Assembly (NCBI GenBank): GCA_002269645.1
Contig: NIVC01000436.1
Span: 124,001 to 188,000 of the forward strand
Reading direction: 5' to 3'
Length of the DNA: 64,000 nucleotides
From: Macrostomum lignano
Lineage: Eukaryota
The translations under genes were made by a program, and so were the position numbers. Position 1 is the first letter of the stretch; each line of letters begins with the position of its first letter. The notes below the pieces were generated by a model that had not been told where the DNA came from, searched no databases, and saw only the letters and a program-made list of their open reading frames with translations. Positions 46,480-60,100 of this stretch are shown in pieces.

Positions 46480-48774
46480 GCCGGGTTGCGCCGGGGACCA
46501 TGAGGACAACCTCCATCTTGCCCCAGCTGTACCAGGTGGCCGCCTCAGACTCGGCACGATGAACTGCCGAACTCTGAAGGCCCCATGGCGTCACGCTGCA
46601 GGAGGTTTCTATCGTGGCTGAGCCGGGGCTCCACTCTGAAGACCTCGGAGCCGGCTGGAGCCTCCTGTACACGTCGGCAGATAACCACGGCCGGGTGGTG
46701 TCGGCGTGCTGATCGGACCGCGGCTCTACAGAGCGTGCATTGCATCTCGCTGTCCCCGCGACTGATTCGGGTCGACCTGCGACTGCGCACACGCTGCATC
46801 CGGCTGTTCTGCGCTTAATGCACCCACCGCTGCTCACCCCGAGGAGGCTCGTGCCTTCTTTGACTTCCTGGCTGGGCAGCTGGAAGAGGTGCCAAACCGC
46901 GACACGCTGGCAGTGCTCGGAGACCTGAACGCAGTCTCGCGGAGGTTCGAGCGCTCGCCCTTTGTCTCCGCTGGCTCTCCGGTCAGACCACGAACTCCTG
47001 ATCTGCGAATTGCGTCTCCGCGACCAGCTCTACCGACCGCCAAAGCAGCGGCCACGGCGATACTATCGCGCACTGTTGGACACTTGCGGGAAGCGTCAAT
47101 TCGCGGGTGCCACGCGCCTGCGTCGCCGCTGCCTGCCAGTTTTGCGACCCCACTGGACACGACGCTCCCAGCTGGGGACTTCTGCACCAGCCCAGTCACC
47201 ACGGAGGACGTTGTGCTGTTCGCTCGGAAAACACCCGGCGGCAAGGCGCTCGGCCCCGACGAAGTTCCGGTCGAAGCGCTGCGGCTCCGCTGTGTGGCCT
47301 CCCAGGTCACAGGCGTCATGAAACGCGTGCGCGCTGGCGCTCCTGCGCCAACCGAGTGGACTGTCGCGCACATCGTGCCGATACCGAAGAAGGCAGGGAC
47401 AATCCGGAAAGAAGACCACCGCGGGATCTCGCTGATGTCCTGCACCGCGAAGCTCTTCAACCGGCTGCTGCTCGATCGTCTGCAGTCGGTGCTGGACCCG
47501 TACCTTCGGTACGAGCAGAACGGATTCCGGCCGCAACGCGTTACAGTCACACAGATCCTTGCACTCCGCCGTGTCATCGAGGAGGCGCGTATCCGCCAGT
47601 CTACGCTGATCATTGTCTTCGTTGCCTTTCGAAAGGCGTTTGACTCGGTGCTGAGAGCCGCGCTCCCTTTCGTCCTTCGAGCCTACCGGGTCCCACACCA
47701 GCTAATCGACGCTATCATGTCGCTGTAGCGCGATACTCAAGCTGCTGTGGTGATAGCGGACGGCCTGTCAGACCTGTTCGATACTTCATCAGGAGTTCTG
47801 CAGGGCGACACGCTAGCGCTGTTTCTCTTCGTGCTGCTGCTGGACTGGATGCTTCGGACCGCACTCCCCTCGGCTAATGACGGCTTCCTGCTGCTCAGAC
47901 GCATCGGTCGCCGCCACGGCGAAAAGCGCCTAAGCGTACTTGGCTACGCCGATGACCTCGCCCTCCTGTCTTCATCCATTGAAGGCGAACAGCGCCAGAT
48001 CGACAGGCTGGTCGAGGTGGCATCGAGCGTTGGTCTGATCGTCAACACGTTAAAGACCGAGGTGCTGACTGTGCCGGCCGACATTTCAGCGGACCTGACG
48101 TGCCGCGGCGCAGACGGCCAGACGACCAAGCTCGCACGCTGCCAGAGGTTCAGAGGCTCGGCGGTCTGGTGCCCCACGTGGAAGAGGACCTCCGGCGGCG
48201 CAGATGACTTGCCTGGGCGGCCTTTCGTTCGATCCGAGCCGTCATCCTGTCTGAAGCGCTGCCCGACCGCCTAAGAGGGCTCGGCTGTGGCAGGCGGTGG
48301 TCGAAACCGTCCTGCTATACAACGCCGAGACGTGGACGCTGACGGCCACGCTAGAGCGGCAGCGGACTCGGCGCACTCAGGGCTGCTCCATGCGGCCTTG
48401 CGAGCTGACGAGAGCGTCGGGACCGAGGGCGTAGGGACCGAGGCCTTGTACGATCGGGCCAAGCTGCCGCGCCCGTCCTCCATACTGCGCCGGCGACGAC
48501 TTCAACTGGCGGGCCACGTGATCCGGGCCGAGGGCTACTGCCGCCAACCTGTTCAGGACGTCCTGCTGCTCACCTTGCAGGGTCCGTTAAGGCGGGGTCA
48601 GGCCCGAACCCGTCGATACGTGGACTGCCTCCTATGCGACGCTGGGGCGCCCGACACTGCCAACAAAGCGGACTTTCTTCGCTCCTAAGCTCTGCGGCGC
48701 GCCATCTGACGTGGCTTGCTTTAAATGTGACCTTGCTTGCAGGGCCGCGTATTTTGTTGTTGTTGTTGTTGTTG
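46480..48774 (+). mobile_element. RTE-clade non-LTR retrotransposon (APE endonuclease plus RT), frameshifted, with (TTG)n tail
   Basis: APE motifs: LGTMNCRTL, LQEV, GGVGVLI, LGDLNA, RSDHEL. RT motifs: ALGPDEVP, IVPIPKK, RGISLM, EQNGFRP, FRKAFDSV, GVLQGDTLA, GYADDLAL. (TTG)n tail at 48754-48774. Confidence 0.9.
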
Positions 48775-51118
48775 ACTGTAGATCCTTTCGAGGATCTTTT
48801 ACTGGACCTTTGTTTAAATGAACAAGAGGTTCCCGGAAAGTCACTAGCCAGTTAATTAAAATTCACCCAGATCGTCAAATTAAATCCGCGATTGATTGAT
48901 TGATTGAACCAAGGACTATTCATTCTCAAGTAGACTCAAGTCTCGTCTCGAGTAAGTAGCGAATCGAACTCGAACTCCAACTCGATCCTGCATGCAGAAC
49001 ATAGACCGGCTCTATTCGTATCCGCGGCTGTCAGTTCATCTCTAATCAGTGTAGAACGTAGACCAGCTCTATCCACTTCACCATATTTTTGTATATTGTA
49101 TATTATTACTTGTATAGTGTATTTATAGGGGTTGAACAATATTGAAGTTTCGAAATTTTCTATAGGCCTATTCGACATTTTTTCGACGATACGATACGAG
49201 ATTTGATCGAGATTTCGAAATATTTAATTCAAACAAGACAAAGCCAAAAACTTGAAAATAGCAGTTCTCTTTGTAAGCCTACAACATACATACTTTTTAA
49301 AAATATATTTAGAAAACAAATGTAAACTTTCTGCACTTTTGCTAAAACCACAACTTTTAATTCCTAAAAAACACGAAAATTTTCGGGTGCATCATTTTTT
49401 CAAACATGGGCCCTAAATCCCTTGATAAGTTGATATGAGTGGCACTATGAGTTTATTTTTTGGCACTAGGGCCTAAATTTGATTCATTTTGCATTCTGTT
49501 TATGGGCCTATTGATGTCTAAGTCTAAGTAATCTATGCTATATATATTCAGAAGATTGATATTTACAATACATTTAGTCTAAGGCTCTTTATTTTAGTTT
49601 TACTTTATTTTATATCAGATTCTTGTCACTTTTTATATCAAGATTCAATTGAGAAAGAAGTAAAAATCTTGAGTATAAGATAAAGTTGTAAAACCGCGGA
49701 TAGCATCTAGTGCACTTTTGAAATTTTTCTAAAGCACAGTGCACACATAGCCATGCAGTGCCTGTATAGGCCTATGCACTGCGGTGCCACTGCCCTTTTT
49801 TGTTGGCTGCTGCTCTAGCAGTAGCAAATAAATATATATGGAATGGAAGGGGGCCTAATACCTTTGTGGAAGGGGCCTATATACTTGTTAGTTATAATGC
49901 TTAAAGATGTTCCAAAATTTATATTTCAATTTTTCAAAATTTAAATTTTAAAAAGCAATCTTTTTTTAAAAATTCAAAAGTCCAAATTTTAGATGTCTAA
50001 AAAGTTGCTAAAATAAACTAGGCCTAATTTCTACTAAATAGGCCTATGCATGTATTTTGTTTTGCATCATAAGCAGAATATCAAAGTAAAAAAGTGAGTA
50101 TTTATTGCTTATACTAAACTTTGTTTTTCTGAATTTTAATTTCAGAAAATTTCAATTTCAATTTCAAAAAGTTAGCAAATTTAGATTTTGATAGAAAATG
50201 CTCTTTTGGAACATCTCTAGGCCCTAAAGTGTGGTAAAATAATTTGACTCTATTCTGCAGCACACATTTGCATGTTTTCAAAATGTATTCCAATAGGTAT
50301 AGAGTATCAATTGTGAGATAGAGATCTTGTCTGACCTTTAGTGTATTATTGAATATTGTATATTAGTATTGGCCTGGACTAGACTTTATACAATCATAGG
50401 CCCTACATAGTCATAAATGAAATATATTATTTTTTTAATCTAAGATAAGATTAATTTCATCCATAACTAATATTGTCCTATTGACTAAGACTATTGCATT
50501 TGTTGATTTTCTAGCTAATTATTATTTATTACTCTTATTGTTTGATACATTGTGATTTCTGCATTCTGCCTAGTGCTCTGAATTTCAAAGTGAAGAAATA
50601 CAATCAAGCGCGATAATGGGAATAACTATGACTCTTTTAAGAGTTGTATATAGCTATAAGTAATTATTGAATGTGTAACTATGGATCTATGGAGTAAGTA
50701 TGGTCTAACATGAGCCATTGTTTGTTTTAGCCTAGATACATAGGCCTGTATAAAGGGGCTATATAGCAAAAGTTAGATGAGTAGATCTTAGATAATTCTT
50801 GATGAGTGTCTTTATTGGTACAAAATGTTCTGAAATCTCTAAATACTGATTATTTTTAATTTTTAGGTTAATTCACAGTTCACACTTCATACTTTTCAAT
50901 AAATATGTCTTTTGCATGTGTCTTTTTAAGTCATGGAACCTTCATTGACACATATTTTTGTCATGTTTATAACTCTAATTAAGTGTAAGGTATTATAAAT
51001 TTATTATCTTATTATATTATTAAATATAGGTCCATTTTACTTTCATCTAGATACAAACAGACCTACCATGAATCAAAATTAACCATAGTAAGATTGATTT
51101 ATTTCAGCTATTTCAACT

Positions 51119-54100
51119 ATGAATCAAAATAATATCATTCAGCCATTGCTTACTGGTAAGTTATTTGAAAGTGTTTTTTTCAGTGCCAACTTATTTATTC
51201 TATAATAATTATTTAATTATTTAAAATGATACTTATGATATCCTTTTTTCATCAGACTTCTACCAGATATCCATGGCATATGCCTATTGGAAGGCCAACA
51301 AAGTCAATGACACAGCTGTGTTTGACCTATATTTTCGAAAGTGTCCATTCCAGGGCGAATTTGCCTTATTTGCTGGTCTAGAAGAGTGTCTAAAATTTGT
51401 TCAGCGATTTCGCTATTCAGAACAAGGTGAGATTGAGTGCTATTCTTTGTAATCTAATTGACAGTCATAGCTTTTATGTTGATTTAGAATCCTTTTGTAA
51501 TTCGTGAAATGTTTAAATTATCAAGTTTCAGGCCTATTTAATGCTGAGCTTATCAATTATCGAGCTTATCAATTGTTGAGCTTATCAATTATCGAGCTTA
51601 TCAATTGTTGAGCTTATCAATTATCGAGCTTTTCAATTATCGAGCTTATCAATTGTTGAGCTTATCAATTATCGAGCTTATCAATTGTTGAGCTTATCAA
51701 TTATCGAGCTTATCAATTGTTGAGCTTATCAATTATCGAGCTTATCAATTGTTGAGCTTATCAATTATCGAGCTTATCAATTGTTGAGCTTATCAATTAT
51801 CGAGCTTATCAATTGTTGAGCTTATCAATTATCGAGCTTATCAATTATCAAGCATATTAAGTATCAGGCTTATCGATTATCGAGCTTATAAATTATCAAG
51901 CTTATCAATTATCGAGTGGAAATTCAAGATTAGAAAGTGTTATAAAGAGTATGCAAGCTGACTATGGAAAAGAAAGACAACTTGCTATTCAATACAAGTT
52001 CTGTACACCCCATTTCTATTCAAAATATCACGCACAGACATTGCCTACCTTCGGACTGTTCTGCCACCAAGTGCTGATTCGGAATTTTTCGACTACTTAG
52101 CCACCCTCACCGCCCAAGGCGTGAGTCTCTACGCTGTGGAAGAGGGCAGCGCTGTGTTCCCAAAAGTGCCGCTAATCCGAGTCGAAGGCCCGCTAATAGT
52201 TTGCCAACTGTTGGAGACCACCCTGTTGAATTTGGTTAACTTTGCCAGCCTGCAGGCTACCAATGCGGCAAGGTTTAGACTGGCCGCTGGGCCCACTAAA
52301 CAGCTGTTGGAGTTTGGCCTTCGCCGGGCTCAAGGACCGGACGGCGCTCTGTCGGCCAGTCGTTACTGTTTTGTTGGTGGATTCAATGGCACTAGCAATG
52401 TGCTAGCTGGGAAACTATACGGCATTCCAGTTAAAGGCACCCACGCGCACGCTTTCGTTACTTCGTTTTATAGTTTGGATGAAGTGAAGGAGAGAACGCT
52501 CAAGAATAAGACTACTGGTCAATTGGGAGATTTTATTGAGGCTGTGAATCAGTGCCGGCGTACAGTTGAGGCTCAAGTTGGCCTGCCAACTGCCAATGTC
52601 AACGTTGGCGAGTTGACCGCCTTTGCGGCTTACGCTTTGGCTTTTCCCGGCTCGTTTCTGGCCTTGATTGACACCTATAATGTGCTCAAGTGAGTTTTTG
52701 CTACTTATGTAATGCTTTCTATGGCGCTTGAATATGCTGGGTGGTTGGGTAAGCATAAAATAAGTAATGGAGAACATGGGGAGAGAGAGAGACTAAAAGA
52801 CAGAGAGGGAGGGGGAGATGGGGCTAGTGAGATGGAAACGGCGAGAATGAGAGTAGGTAAAGAAAGATAGGGGGAGACCGGAAGAGTGAGATTGAGACGG
52901 GGAGAATGAGAGGGAGATTAAGAGAGTGAGAGGGAGACGGGGAGAGTGAGAGGGAGATGAGGAGAGTGAGAGGGAGATGGGGAGAGTGAGAGGGAGATGG
53001 GGAGAGTGGGAGGGAGATGAGGAGAGTGAGAGGGAGATAGGGAGAGTGAGAGGGAGATGGGGAGAGTGAGAGGGAAATGGGGAGAGTGAGAGGGAAATGG
53101 GGAGAGTGAGAGGGAGATAGGGAGAGTGGGAGGGAGATGGGGAGAGTGAGAGGGAAATGGGGAGAGTGAGAGGGAGATAGGGAGAGTGGGAGGGAGATGA
53201 GGAGAGTGAGAGGGAGATGGGGAGAGTGAGAGGAAGATGGGGAGAGTGAGAGAGGGAGAGCCTCCAAACCCTAAGGCGCTGACACGGCAAAGCACCAAGA
53301 CAAACAAAAAAGTTTAAAAGGAGTTAGTTGCCGATATTTCGAATACGAAATTCTTCGTCAGGGCAAATGAATTAAAATGAATATAATTCATTTTATATTC
53401 GAGAGTGAGAGGGAGATGGGGAGAGAGAGAGGGAGATAGGGAGAGTGAGAGGAAGATGGGGAGAGTGAGAGGGAGATAGGGAGAGGGAGATGGGGAGAGT
53501 GAGAGGGAGATGGGGAGAGTGAGAGGGAGATAGGGAGAGTGAGAGGGAGATAGGGAGAGTGAGAGGGAGATGGGGAGAGTGGGAGAGAGAATGAGAAGGG
53601 AGAGTGAGAGTGAGGGAGAGTATTGAATGAAAATCAGGCAGTCTAGACAGAGCGGTGACTATCGAGATTCCAATGCTCATTTTAGAGCAAATCGACCTCC
53701 TAAAGAAACACCGCCATCATTAATAAATCGATAAACGCATGACCCTCTCCCCTCCCACAGCTTAACTCTCTGTTGAAAATTCACTTCTTAGTTGTTGTCT
53801 GTTGCCATTAGCAACGCGGCTTCCAAGCTCAAGACTGTTTTACTTTCCCTTCCGTTTTGGAGGCAGCTTTTCTATGGGAAGTTTAAACATCCTCTAGCTA
53901 GTGGGAGAAGGGAAGGAGCCCAGGAAAGACTTGACTAAAAAAATTCCAAAGCACTGCCCCGTGCCTCACTCACTCTATTGCGCTAATTAGAAAACCCTGT
54001 GCGGCTATGCAGATGTAAACTTTTAAGTGTGTGTGTGCGCGCGTTTCATTGGAAGCCAATTCTTCAACCATTGTGTCTGAGAGGGTGAAGCACTGTCTCT

Positions 54101-57100
54101 ATTCTCTCCTCTCTTTACCAGTTTTTTTTAAATGCTATCGTATTCTTCTCTGTTCTAGTTGGTTAAGTTAACTTGCTTCTTTATTAGTAGCTTGGTTATA
54201 ATCTTAAAACACATGCTTAGCATCTAATTTTTTCTAAAGAGACTATCAGCTACTTAAAGTAAGATATATGATTTTTTGTACTTTTTTCGAGCAGGGTTCA
54301 GAAAACTTTACATCAAGGATCAGATAGATTAGGTGGAGAAGAGAGAAAATTAGAAAAAAAGAGCTGAAAAGAGACAAACCTTAAGCAGCCCATATTGCTA
54401 TTATTGTGAAGTTTCAAAGGACACAAGGGCCAGATAGAGAGGTTTTGCGGGCCGGAGTTTGAAATATGAACTGCAGAAAATATGAAAATTGAATAAAAAA
54501 GCACTCAGCTTGGAAAAAAACAATGCTAATTTGGCATCTGGAGTCAAATTTCAGTGTGCTAACAATTACTTTTAAAATTTTTCTACTCGTAAATTTTCCG
54601 AACTGTACTTTTAGATGTCCTAAAATGTATTTTTAGATGCCCTACTAAGAATGTACTTTTAGATGTACTTTAGTAATGTACTTTTAGGTGCCCTAATAAA
54701 GTACTTTTTGTGTACTTTAATAATGTACTTTTAAAGTTCTTTATGCATGTAATTTTAGGTGCCTTTCAATCGTCTACTTTAAATTCCATTCAATCATGTA
54801 CTCTCACATGTCTGAAGGCATGTAATAAAATGTTCTTTCAAAGTTAAAAGTACTTAAAACCGTCAACATAGTCGCATGCACTTATTCCCACCCAGATCCG
54901 GTGTAATCAATTTCATAGTCGTCGCCTTGGCACTGGACCAGTTCGGCTATCGGCCAATTGGGGTCAGGCTGGATAGCGGAGACCTTGCCTACCTTTCTGT
55001 GCAGGTTCGGGAACTGTTTCGGCAGGTGGCTGGCAGGTACGTCTGTGAGTTTGGTTATGTAAAAAGAGAGACAAAATTTCCCGCAGCAAAGTTTTAACTT
55101 GTAAAAAATCCCATTCAGCTACAGCAGAAATCCAAATCCAATTTAGCTACAAAAGAAATCCCAAATCCTAAATCCCATTCAGCTACAAGAAAAATCCCAA
55201 ATCCTAAATCCCATTCAGCTACAAGAAAAATCCCAAATCCGATTGAGCTACAACAGAAATCCGAAGTCCTATTCAGCTACAACAGAAATCCCAAATCCCA
55301 TTCAGCTACAACAGAAATCCCAAATCCGATTGAGCTACAACAGAAATCCCAAATCCCATTGAGCTACAAGAGAAATTCCAAATGCCATTGAGCTACAACA
55401 GAAATCCCAAATCCCATTCAGCTATAACAGAAATCCCAAATCCCATTGAGCTACAACAGAAATCCCAAATCCCATTGAGCTACAACAGAAATCCCAAATC
55501 CCATTGAGCTACAAGAGAAATTCTAAATCCCATTCAGCTACAACAGAAATCCCAAATCCCATTAAGCTACAACAGAAATCCCAAATCCCTTCTTTCCAGC
55601 CTAAAAATGCCCTGGTTCGAACACCTGACCATCGTGGCCAGCAACGACATAAACGAGGACACGATCCATTCGCTGAACCAGCAGGGCCATCAGATTGACA
55701 GCTTCGGCATTGGTACTCACCTGGTCACGTGCCAGAAGCAGCCGGCACTGGGCTGCGTCTACAAATTAGTAGAAGTAAACGGCCGGCCAACTATAAAGCT
55801 GAGCGAAGACGTTGAGAAGATGACAATTCCGGGTAGAAAGCGAGTATTTCGAGTGTTCGGCCAGGACGGCTTGGCCATTTTGGATCTGATGCAGTGCGCC
55901 GATGAGAAACCGCCTCAGGCTGGTAGTCGAGTGCTGGCGAGGCATAGTTTTCACGTGAGCATTTTTTCAGATAATGGATTAGTGTCTAGTAATGGATTAG
56001 TGTCTGATAATGAATTAGTGTCTGATATTGGATTAGTGTCTAGTAATGGATTAGTGTCTGGTAATGGATTAGTGTCTGATAATGGATTAGTGTCTAGTAA
56101 TGAATTAGTGTGTAGTAATGGATTAGTGTCTGGTAATGGATTAGTGTCTGATAATGGATTAGTGTCTGATAATGGATTAGTGTGTAGTAATGGATTAGTG
56201 TCTAGTAATGGATTAGTGTCTAGTAATGGATTAGTGTCTGATAATGGATTAGTGTGTAGTAATGGATTAGTGTCTGATAATGGATTAGTGTGTAGTAATG
56301 GATTAGTGTCTAGTAATGGATTAGTGTCTGGTAATGGATTAGTGTCTAGTAATGGATTAGTGTCTAGTAATGGATTAGTGTCTGATAATGGATTAGTGTC
56401 TGATAATAGATTAGTGTCTAGTAATGGATTAGTGTCTGATAATGGATTAGTGTCTAGTAATGGATTAGTGTCTGATAATGGATTAGTGTCTGATAATGGA
56501 TTAGTGTCTAGTAATGGATTAGTGTCTAGTAATGGATTAGTGTCTAGTAATGGATTAGTGTCTGGTAATGGATTAGTGTCTGATAATGGATTAGTGTCTG
56601 ATAATGGATTAGTGTCTAGTAATGGATTAGTGTCTGATAATGGATTAGTGTCTGATAATGGATTAGTGTCTGATAATGGATTAGTGTCTAGTAATGGATT
56701 AGTGTCTGATAATGGATTAGTGTCTGATAATGGATTAGTGTCTAGTAATGGATTAGTGTCTAGTAATGGATTAGTGTCTAGTAATGGATTAGTGTCTGGT
56801 AATGGATTAGTGTCTAGTAATGGATTAGTGTCTGATAATGGATTAGTGTCTGATAATGGATTAGTGTCTAGTAATGGATTAGTGTCTGGTAATGAATTAG
56901 TGTCTGATAATGGATTAGTGTCTGATAATGGATTAGTGTGTAGTAATGGATTAGTGTCTGATAATGGATTAGTGTCTGATAATGGATTAGTGTCTGATAA
57001 TGGATTAGTGTGTAGTAATGGATTAGTGTCTAGTAATGGATTAGTGTCTAGTAATGGATTAGTGTCTGATAATGGATTAGTGTCTAGTAATGGATTAGTG

Positions 57101-60100
57101 TCTGATAATGGATTAGTGTCTGATAATGGATTAGTGTCTAGTAATGGATTAGTGTCTAGTAATGGATTAGTGTCTGATAATGGATTAGTGTCTAGTAATG
57201 GATTAGTGTCTAGTAATGGATTAGTGTCTGGTAATGAATTAGTGTCTGATAATGGATTAGTGTCTGATAATGGATTAGTGTGTAGTAATGGATTAGTGTC
57301 TGATAATGGATTAGTGTCTGATAATGGATTAGTGTCTGATAATGGATTAGTGTCTGATAATGGATTAGTGTGTAGTAATGGATTAGTGTCTGATAATGGA
57401 TTAGTGTCTGGTAATGGATTAGTGTCTGGTAATGAATTAGTGTCTGATAATGGATTAGTGTCTGATAATGGATTAGTGTCTAGTAATGGATTAGTGTCTA
57501 GTAATGGATTAGTGTCTGATAATGGATTAGTGTCTAGTAATGGATTAGTGTCTGATAATGGATTAGTGTCTGATAATGGATTAGTGTCTGGTAATGAATT
57601 AGTGTCTGATAATGGATTAGTGTCTGATAATGGATTAGTGTCTGATAATGGATTAGTGTCTGATAATGGATTAGTGTCTGATAATGGATTAGTGTCTAGT
57701 AATGGATTAGTGTCTGATAATGGATTAGTGTCTGATAATGGATTAGTGTGTAGTAATGGATTAGTGTCTGATAATGGATTAGTGTCTGATAATGGATTAG
57801 TGTCTAGTAGTGGATTAGTGTCTAGTAATGGATTAGTGTCTAGTAATGGATTAGTGTCTAGTAATGGATTAGTGTCTGATAATGGATTAGTGTCTGATAA
57901 TGGATTAGTGTCTAGTAATGGATTAGTGTCTGATAATGGATTAGTGTCTGATAATGGATTAGTGTCTGGTAATGAATTAGTGTCTGATAATGGATTAGTG
58001 TGTGGTAATGAATTAGTGTCTGATAATGGATTAGTGTCTGATAATGGATTAGTGTCTAGTAGTGGATTAGTGTCTAGTAATGGATTAGTGTCTAGTAATG
58101 GATTAGTGTCTGATAATGGATTAGTGTCTGATAATGGATTAGTGTCTGATAATGGATTAGTGTCTGATAATGGATTAGTGTCTGATAATGGATTAGTGTC
58201 TGATAATGGATTAGTGTCTGATAATGGATTAGTGTCTGATAATGGATTAGTGTCTGATAATGGATTAGTGTCTGATAATGGATTAGTGTCTAGTAATGGA
58301 TTAGTGTCTGATAATGGATTAGTGTCTGATAATGGATTAGTGTGTAGTAATGGATTAGTGTCTGATAATGGATTAGTGTCTGATAATGGATTAGTGTCTA
58401 GTAGTGGATTAGTGTCTAGTAATGGATTAGTGTCTAGTAATGGATTAGTGTCTAGTAATGGATTAGTGTCTGATAATGGATTAGTGTCTAGTAATGGATT
58501 AGTGTCTGATAATGGATTAGTGTCTGATAATGGATTAGTGTCTGGTAATGAATTAGTGTCTGATAATGGATTAGTGTGTGGTAATGAATTAGTGTCTGAT
58601 AATGGATTAGTGTCTGATAATGGATTAGTGTCTAGTAGTGGATTAGTGTCTAGTAATGGATTAGTGTCTAGTAATGGATTAGTGTCTGATAATGGATTAG
58701 TGTCTGGTAATGAATTAGTGTCTGATAATGGATTAGTGTGTGGTAATGAATTAGTGTCTGATAATGGATTAGTGTCTGATAATGGATTAGTGTCTAGTAG
58801 TGGATTAGTGTCTAGTAATGGATTAGTGTCTAGTAATGGATTAGTGTCTAGTAATGGATTAGTGTCTAGTAATGGATTAGTGTCTGATAATGGATTAGTG
58901 TCTAGTAATGGATTAGTGTCTGATAATGGATTAGTGTCTGATAATGGATTAGTGTCTGATAATGGATTAGTGTCTGATAATGGATTAGTGTGTGGTAATG
59001 AATTAGTGTCTGATAATGGATTAGTGTCTGATAATGGATTAGTGTCTAGTAATGGATTAGTGTCTGATAATGGATTAGTGTGTAGTAATGGATTAGTGTC
59101 TAGTAATGGATTAGTGTCTAGTAATGGATTAGTGTCTAGTAATGGATTAGTGTCTGATAATGGATTAGTGTCTGATAATGGATTAGTGTCTAGTAATGGA
59201 TTAGTGTCTAGTAATGGATTAGTGTCTGATAATGGATTAGTGTGTGGTAATGGATTAGTGTCTAGTAATGGATTAGTGTCTGGTAATGAATTAGTGTCTG
59301 ATAATGGATTAGTGTCTAGTAGTGGATTAGTGTCTGATAATGGATTAGTGTCTGATAATGGATTAGTGTCTAGTAATGGATTAGTGTCTAGTAATGGATT
59401 AGTGTCTAGTAATGGATTAGTGTCTGATAATGGATTAGTGTCTGATAATGGATTAGTGTCTGGTAATGAATTAGTGTCTGATAATGGATTAGTGTCTAGT
59501 AGTGGATTAGTGTCTGATAATGGATTAGTGTCTGATAATGGATTAGTGTCTAGTAATGGATTAGTGTCTAGTAATGGATTAGTGTCTGATAATGGATTAG
59601 TGTCTGATAATGGATTAGTGTGTGGTAATGGATTAGTGTCTAGTAATGGATTAGTGTCTGATAATGGATTAGTGTCTAGTAATGGATTAGTGTCTGATAA
59701 TGGATTAGTGTCTGATAATGGATTAGTGTCTGGTAATGAATTAGTGTCTGATAATGGATTAGTGTCTGATAATGGATTAGTGTCTAGTAATGGATTAGTG
59801 TCTAGTAATGGATTAGTGTCTGATAATGGATTAGTGTGTAGTAATGGATTAGTGTCTAGTAATGGATTAGTGTCTAGTAATGGATTAGTGTCTAGTAATG
59901 GATTAGTGTCTGATAATGGATTAGTGTCTGATAATGGATTAGTGTCTGGTAATGAATTAGTGTCTGATAATGGATTAGTGTCTAGTAATGGATTAGTGTC
60001 TAGTAGTGGATTAGTGTCTGATAATGGATTAGTGTCTAGTAATGGATTAGTGTCTAGTAGTGGATTAGTGTCTGATAATGGATTAGTGTCTGATAATGGA

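Noticed and set aside
48936-49178. 80-aa minus-strand ORF
   Set aside because: No recognisable motif; partly AT-rich non-coding composition.
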